NCBI GenBank assembly: GCA_037133435.1
Contig: JBAXOD010000001.1
Span: 30,979-94,978 of the forward strand
Direction: 5' to 3'
Source of the DNA: Candidatus Moraniibacteriota bacterium
GTDB taxonomy: Bacteria; Patescibacteriota; Minisyncoccia; Moranbacterales; UBA1568
DNA: 64,000 nucleotides
Below the pieces are notes generated by a model. The model did no database searches. It was not told the DNA's origin and was given only the letters and a program-made list of their open reading frames with translations. This document shows, piece after piece, positions 59,497 through 64,000 of this stretch (positions are counted from its first letter, which is position 1; each line of letters begins with the position of its first letter). Position numbers and translations under genes: made by a program.

Positions 59497-60165
59497 ATGA
59501 AATACATAGTTATGGCGATAGCGTTGTTGATGGGACTGGCGATTGAATGTCAGGCGGCCGAAGTCACCGTCAGTCAGGCGGTACTGTCCGATTACGTCAA
59601 CAAGTCGGGAAGTCATAGCGGCGTCCCTATCGAACAGTCGATGGTTAGTCTCGATGCGAACGGATATTACGGTTGCATCTGGAACAATATCGATCTTGAG
59701 AAACGGGTCGTCAGCGAAACTGACTATGTTATCGGAAAACGGGTAACCGTCGACCATACGTACGGCAGATTTTTCGCCGACCTAAGCATCCAACGCTGGT
59801 GCGTAGCGGGATCATCCGAGAATATGCTCGAACTGGTCCTGAAACAAAATGGCCCCGTATGCGGTTCCGTGATATGGACCAAGCAGGTCACGACCGGGAT
59901 AGCTTCCGGAAAGAACCGACTGTATGTCGAACTTGGCAAGCAGGCTGTCTTCGAAGGGCTGACTGTGACACCATCGATAGCGATCGCGTATCTCGACGGT
60001 TTCTACGCGACCAACGGGTGGGCACATGTGACGGGAAGAGTGCGGGCGGAGTACCCTGTGAGCGGAAATATCTCGTTCATCGCGCAGGGGAATATCCAGC
60101 ACGGCCTCCTACACAAGAAAGACGACCTGATCTACGGCAGCGTGGGTATGAAACTCCTGCTGTAA
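59497..60165 (+). CDS. Secreted beta-barrel-like protein (TorF/Gcw_chp-like putative porin)
   Basis: Signal peptide; SDYV...G.....Q..V.L...G.YG.IW.N.....E.DY..G pattern; alternating beta strands; terminal IYGSVGMKLLL strand. Confidence 0.55.
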   Translation: MKYIVMAIALLMGLAIECQAAEVTVSQAVLSDYVNKSGSHSGVPIEQSMVSLDANGYYGCIWNNIDLEKRVVSETDYVIGKRVTVDHTYGRFFADLSIQRWCVAGSSENMLELVLKQNGPVCGSVIWTKQVTTGIASGKNRLYVELGKQAVFEGLTVTPSIAIAYLDGFYATNGWAHVTGRVRAEYPVSGNISFIAQGNIQHGLLHKKDDLIYGSVGMKLLL

Positions 60166-60252
60166 AGTTGTTTCAAACGAAGGGCGGGAACATCGTTTCC
60201 CGCTTCCAATATTTCAAATCGCCATAGTGGCGGAAAAGACGAGGAGTGAGAC

Positions 60253-60987
60253 ATGAACGACAAAATGAAGCAGACATATGATGCTATCAGTGCCGAATAC
60301 GCAAAAGCGACCGCGATCGATCCGAATAAGCGGTACGTACAGTATCCCGAATCACTCCGATTGATCGGCGATATCCGCGGGAAAAGCGTATTCGATGTCG
60401 GTTGCGCCAATGGCATGTTCACGCGGATGATGAAGCGGGCCGGGGCAAGCGAAGTGACAGGGTATGATCCGTCGCGCAGGGAGCTGGATGATGCCCGGTA
60501 CGAAGAGTCGCAAAATCCTCAGGGTATCGAATATATCACTGATTATTCGGAATTGTCTGTCGGAAAACGATTCGATATCGTGACCGCGATCATGGTCATA
60601 CCCGCGGTGGAACCGGAACAGCTGGAGGAACTCTTCGGTCATGCTGGAAGGTTTCTTGCAGAAGACGGAGTGTTCGTCGCCCTAACACTGAATCCGGATT
60701 TTAGACGGTTCGGAACGGTCGTGAACTGCAGACAATTTTTCAAAAGACCCGATGGTAGGATCGACATCGATTTTCTCAATGAGAACGGTCGGACGTACCT
60801 GTCCATCGTCGATGCCGATTTTTCCAAGCAGGACGTGGAATGTGCCGCGCGGGGAGCTGGCTTCACGGACGTGTGTTGGGAGCCGTTGAAGATAGACCCG
60901 GCAGGTATCGAACGATACGGAGTCGACTATTGGGCGGGGTATGAAGAAGACTGCCCGTATATCGGTCTCATCGCGAACAGGGGATAG
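60253..60987 (+). CDS. Class I SAM-dependent methyltransferase
   Basis: YD.I...Y, VFDVGCANG, V.GYD.S, FDIV and L..DG.F. Confidence 0.9.
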   Translation: MNDKMKQTYDAISAEYAKATAIDPNKRYVQYPESLRLIGDIRGKSVFDVGCANGMFTRMMKRAGASEVTGYDPSRRELDDARYEESQNPQGIEYITDYSELSVGKRFDIVTAIMVIPAVEPEQLEELFGHAGRFLAEDGVFVALTLNPDFRRFGTVVNCRQFFKRPDGRIDIDFLNENGRTYLSIVDADFSKQDVECAARGAGFTDVCWEPLKIDPAGIERYGVDYWAGYEEDCPYIGLIANRG

Positions 60988-61185
60988 GGATCTATGACAA
61001 GGGAGACGACATCGTCCCCCTTGTTTTTTTATGGGACGAGGAGATTGAATCGTATCGCTTGGTTTAAGCGAGCTCTTTACTCTTCGAGGACTCGGAAATA
61101 TCTATGTTCCTGGCGAAGACCCGCGTTTTTACCTATAAGCCTCTTTTTTGTATCTGTTCCGATGCCGTATGTATAATGTAGTACG

Positions 61186-61362
61186 CATGCCGCCGACGTG
61201 GAACTCAGAAGGATCGTGCGCGAAGAAGGACAAATCAGCAAAGAAATTTGTTGTTGTCCCGAATTCGCGGAATGGGATGAAGACTATGCCAGCGGCTGCA
61301 GTCTCTGCGGTCGCACGGTATCCGTATGACAGAAACCTCCCCGGAAAAATCGGGGAGGTTTT
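61186..61362 (+). ncRNA. Candidate structured non-coding RNA of unknown class
   Basis: Promoter-like TTGTAT-18-TATAAT upstream; nested helices read by eye; ends in the GC hairpin AAACCTCCCC...GGGGAGGTTT. Confidence 0.45.
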
Positions 61363-61367
61363 GATGT

Positions 61368-61682
61368 TTATGCGAACCCGAGACGGATCTTGGTCTCCTC
61401 GGTCATGCGATCGGGGGACCAGGGTGGGTCGAAGGTGAGGTCGATGTTCACGTCTTCGATATCCGGAAGTTCGAGCAGTCGGTCCTCGATGTCTTTTTGG
61501 ATGACGGGGAAGAGCGGACAGCCGATCGTCGTGAGGGTCATGGAAACCGTGGCGCTGCCTTCCGGGGTGATCTCTATGCCGTAGACCAGGCCCAGATCCA
61601 CGATGGACACGCCGAGCTCGGGGTCGAGCACGGCACGGAGTTTTCCCATTGTCTGTTCCTTGATTTCAATAACGTTTTTCAT
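61368..61682 (-). CDS. Metal-sulfur cluster assembly factor (DUF59, SufT/PaaD-like)
   Basis: V.DPEL..SIVDLGLVY, MTLTT.GCP and FDPPW...M. Confidence 0.92.
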   Translation of the reverse strand: MKNVIEIKEQTMGKLRAVLDPELGVSIVDLGLVYGIEITPEGSATVSMTLTTIGCPLFPVIQKDIEDRLLELPDIEDVNIDLTFDPPWSPDRMTEETKIRLGFA

Positions 61683-61716
61683 AATGTGGTGATGCGTGTG
61701 ATGCGCTGCCATTCTC

Positions 61717-61769
61717 CCACCCCTCAGTCACGAATACGTGACAGCTCCCCTCAGGCAGGGGAGCAGGAA
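61717..61769. repeat. REP-like dispersed repeat, copy B
   Basis: CCACCCCTCA-GTCACG-AATA-CGTGAC-AGCTCCCCT-CAGGC-AGGGGAGCAGGAA. Confidence 0.75.
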
Positions 61770-61855
61770 GATAAAATGGTATGGTCATTCCTTTCGGACC
61801 TCCATGGTATAAAAAAATCACCCTTTTGGCAAAGAAGGATGTTTCGAAGCGTGAA

Positions 61856-62539
61856 TTATGATCGCCCGTTCCACTCTTCCATGAATTCCTGTTCGAATCG
61901 TTCCATGAACTCATGCCGATGCTCGGCCATACGTTTCCCAGCTCCGGTGTTCATGTTGTCTTTCAGCTTCAGGAGTTTGCTGTGGAAATGATGTATCGTG
62001 GAAGGGTCGGCCGCCGTCGATTCGTCGTAGTTGGGTTGATTGAAAGGCATATCCGGTTCCCACATAGGCGTCCCATGAGCACCGTTATATGTGAAAGTCC
62101 GACCGATGCCGATTGCCCCGATGGCGTCGAGATTGTCGGCATCCTGGAGGATGAGCGTCTCGATATCCTGAGCGGTTTTTCCCGTTTCCGAGAAATCGTA
62201 TTCTTCGTGGAATTCCACGCAGTGGCAGACCCGTTCTTTCTGCTTGTCCGTAAGCCCGGTTTCTTCCAGCAGTTCGCGAATTTGTGGGAGTGATGCTGTC
62301 GGCGGACAAAACACCCCGGATTCTTTTTCCATGATCCGGTGCAGGTCGTGCAGGAACGCCGCGACGGCTAACACGAGTCGGTCGCCGCCTTCTCGCTCCT
62401 GTATGGCAAGGGCGAGGTTCAGGACCCGTTTCAGATGATAGATATCGTGCCCGCTTCCTTCTTTGTGAAAGAGATGACGGATTTTTGATTCCAATGAAGC
62501 GATAATGACGTTAATCGAGGTATCGGTTTGGTTGTCCAT
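61856..62539 (-). CDS. HD-domain phosphohydrolase (YedJ-like)
   Basis: SGHD..H..RV, LHD, QDAD.LDAIGAIG..R.F and HF..KLL.L...M.T. Confidence 0.9.
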   Translation of the reverse strand: MDNQTDTSINVIIASLESKIRHLFHKEGSGHDIYHLKRVLNLALAIQEREGGDRLVLAVAAFLHDLHRIMEKESGVFCPPTASLPQIRELLEETGLTDKQKERVCHCVEFHEEYDFSETGKTAQDIETLILQDADNLDAIGAIGIGRTFTYNGAHGTPMWEPDMPFNQPNYDESTAADPSTIHHFHSKLLKLKDNMNTGAGKRMAEHRHEFMERFEQEFMEEWNGRS

Positions 62540-62599
62540 ATGTTCATTCCTTATTCGTACTGTATTATATCATTTCCCAAATCACACCATCCATAAGAT

Positions 62600-62752
62600 T
62601 GTCTTTGCGAGCCCGTACTCGAGTAGCCTGTCCCGCGTATACTGGGGTGGCAATTCAATCACGTCGTTCGCAAGCGACGGTGACCAGTATTTCGGATTCG
62701 GCCCTGGACCGCCACGTTCCGCCGTTCGCGAAGGGCGGGACTCGCGGAGACG
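62600..62752. repeat. Composite palindromic REP-like element
   Basis: Terminal GTCTTTGCGAG / CTCGCGGAGAC pairing with internal hairpins; related half-element at 10731-10764. Confidence 0.6.
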
Positions 62753-62874
62753 GAGGGAGCTGTTTCTTTACGATCTTCATACGATTTGTATCATGGAGCC
62801 GCGCCGGATGCAATCAGTCAGAAAACGAAAACGGACCCCCGGCGGGGATCCGCTCGTATAGACGGTTCGGATGA

Positions 62875-63114
62875 CTAGTTCACGCTGATGGCGCCGACGG
62901 GGCAGCCGTTCCTCGCGCTCTCGATCGTCTCCTTGGAATCCGCATCGGCGGTCGAGAGGATGGCCGACTTGCCATCACCGTCGAGTCCGAACGTGTTGCC
63001 TGCGATGGCCGTGCAGCCGCCGCACCCGATGCAGACATCGCGATTCACCTCGACCGTCGCGCCGTTTGCGAGGGTTACTGGTCCGCTTGGCGCTGTTTCA
63101 TCTTTGAATGCCAT
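62875..63114 (-). CDS. Monocluster ferredoxin
   Basis: CIGCGGC....CPVGAI. Confidence 0.9.
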   Translation of the reverse strand: MAFKDETAPSGPVTLANGATVEVNRDVCIGCGGCTAIAGNTFGLDGDGKSAILSTADADSKETIESARNGCPVGAISVN

Positions 63115-63143
63115 AGCATTATTCTTACAAACTTATAGAGTAA

Positions 63144-63524
63144 TTATACCGTATTCGTAGAGTCTTGAGCAAGGGCCTTTTTCAACGTTTCGAGGGAAAG
63201 AAGGGCACACTTGAGCCGATTCGGGGAAAGTTCGACGCCGAGCAGGGCGAGGATATCGTCTGTTCCGAGGGCGAGCGCCGCTTCGATCGGTTTTCCTTTG
63301 ATGGATTCGGAAAGAATCGAGGCAGATGCCTGTGAGATGGCACATCCTTGGCCGGTAAATCGGATTTTGGAAATACACCCGTCTTCAACAAGCAGATCAA
63401 TCGAAAGTGAATCGCCGCAGGTGGGATTTTTGGCTTCCCCGTGATGTGTCGGGTAATCGATGATCCCGCAATTGCGCGGATGCCGGGAATGGTCGAGGAT
63501 GACGGCTTGGTAGAGGGAGGACAT
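63144..63524 (-). CDS. sufU: SufU/IscU-type Fe-S assembly protein
   Basis: LY...ILDH...PRN.G, NPTCGD, G.GCAISQASAS and R.KCA.L. Confidence 0.9.
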   Translation of the reverse strand: MSSLYQAVILDHSRHPRNCGIIDYPTHHGEAKNPTCGDSLSIDLLVEDGCISKIRFTGQGCAISQASASILSESIKGKPIEAALALGTDDILALLGVELSPNRLKCALLSLETLKKALAQDSTNTV

Positions 63525-63664
63525 AGGACAGTAGTGAGTAGACAGTAGTGAGAAGTGAGGGAGGGACAGAGAAAGGAGTGTGCGGGGATGAAGAGAACTA
63601 TGAAGTGAGACGAGAAGAATTACATTTAGCGGTGGCGCAGGGATTTTCTGTTTCTTGATAGGGG

Positions 63665-64000
63665 CTACGGCCTGAACAGCCTAACTGTATCTTTTAATCC
63701 TTCAATCAACTTTTCAATGTCCGCTTCGGTATTATACACCGAGAAGCTGATACGTGCCGTGGCGGGGAGGGAGAGGGCACGATGCATCGGGGCAGCGCAG
63801 TGTTCACCGGCACGGATGCAGATATCGCGTTCACCGAGCACCTGCGCTATGTCGTGCGGGTGGATGCCTTCCACGGTAAAGGAGACGATGCCGCTTTCGC
63901 GCCGATCATTCAAACCGAGAATATGAATCGAATCACCGAATGCTTTTTCGAGTATTGACACCGCCTTCGTCGCGAGCCCGGATTCGTATGCATGTATGGC
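63665..64000 (-). CDS. sufS: Cysteine desulfurase SufS, C-terminal part (runs off the window)
   Basis: G.VSF...G.HPHD, RAGEHCA.P and RISF.VYN. Confidence 0.9.
   Translation of the reverse strand, partial: AIHAYESGLATKAVSILEKAFGDSIHILGLNDRRESGIVSFTVEGIHPHDIAQVLGERDICIRAGEHCAAPMHRALSLPATARISFSVYNTEADIEKLIEGLKDTVRLFRP

Noticed and set aside
61148-61438. 96-aa ORF on the + strand
   Set aside because: It runs through a terminator into the antisense of the DUF59 gene and has no motifs; the RNA-structure reading fits better.
1-64000. tRNA, rRNA, tmRNA, RNase P or prophage genes
   Set aside because: No cloverleaf or T-loop context, conserved rRNA or RNase P signature, integrase or phage structural motif was seen by eye; a covariance-model scan would be needed to exclude them fully.

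Overview
Gene-dense bacterial chromosomal segment read in the standard code (TAA, TAG and TGA all act as stops). Gene content, weak or absent Shine-Dalgarno signals, paired TrmB regulators, lamin-tail surface proteins and PilX-like pilins suggest a Patescibacteria/CPR (Parcubacteria, possibly Moranbacteria-like) anaerobe; that assignment is inference. Recognisable blocks: cell-wall genes (PBP1A, GH18, deacetylase, alr, amidase), a CsoR-controlled copper locus, Fur plus a metal exporter, an ECF sigma pair, gpmI, class III RNR, typA, a MacB-type ABC system, xseAB, the oxidative pentose phosphate operon, a 2-oxoacid:ferredoxin oxidoreductase and a SUF/ferredoxin cluster. I found no rRNA, tRNA, CRISPR array or transposase. 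Strongest observations: (1) a split class III RNR whose glycyl-radical segment is a separate 88-aa zinc-ribbon protein; (2) a PfkB/adenosine-kinase-like domain fused to AhcY; (3) a membrane-anchored ZU5-like HFS autoproteolysis candidate coupled to an Lgt homologue; (4) two TrmB / divergent methyltransferase modules with a shared operator-like motif, one carrying a TorF-like beta-barrel; (5) a candidate structured ncRNA near 61.2 kb; (6) a three-member orphan paralog family around HU; (7) many intergenic heptamer tracts, REP-like repeats and a MITE. All family calls come from motif recognition by eye; no database searches were run.
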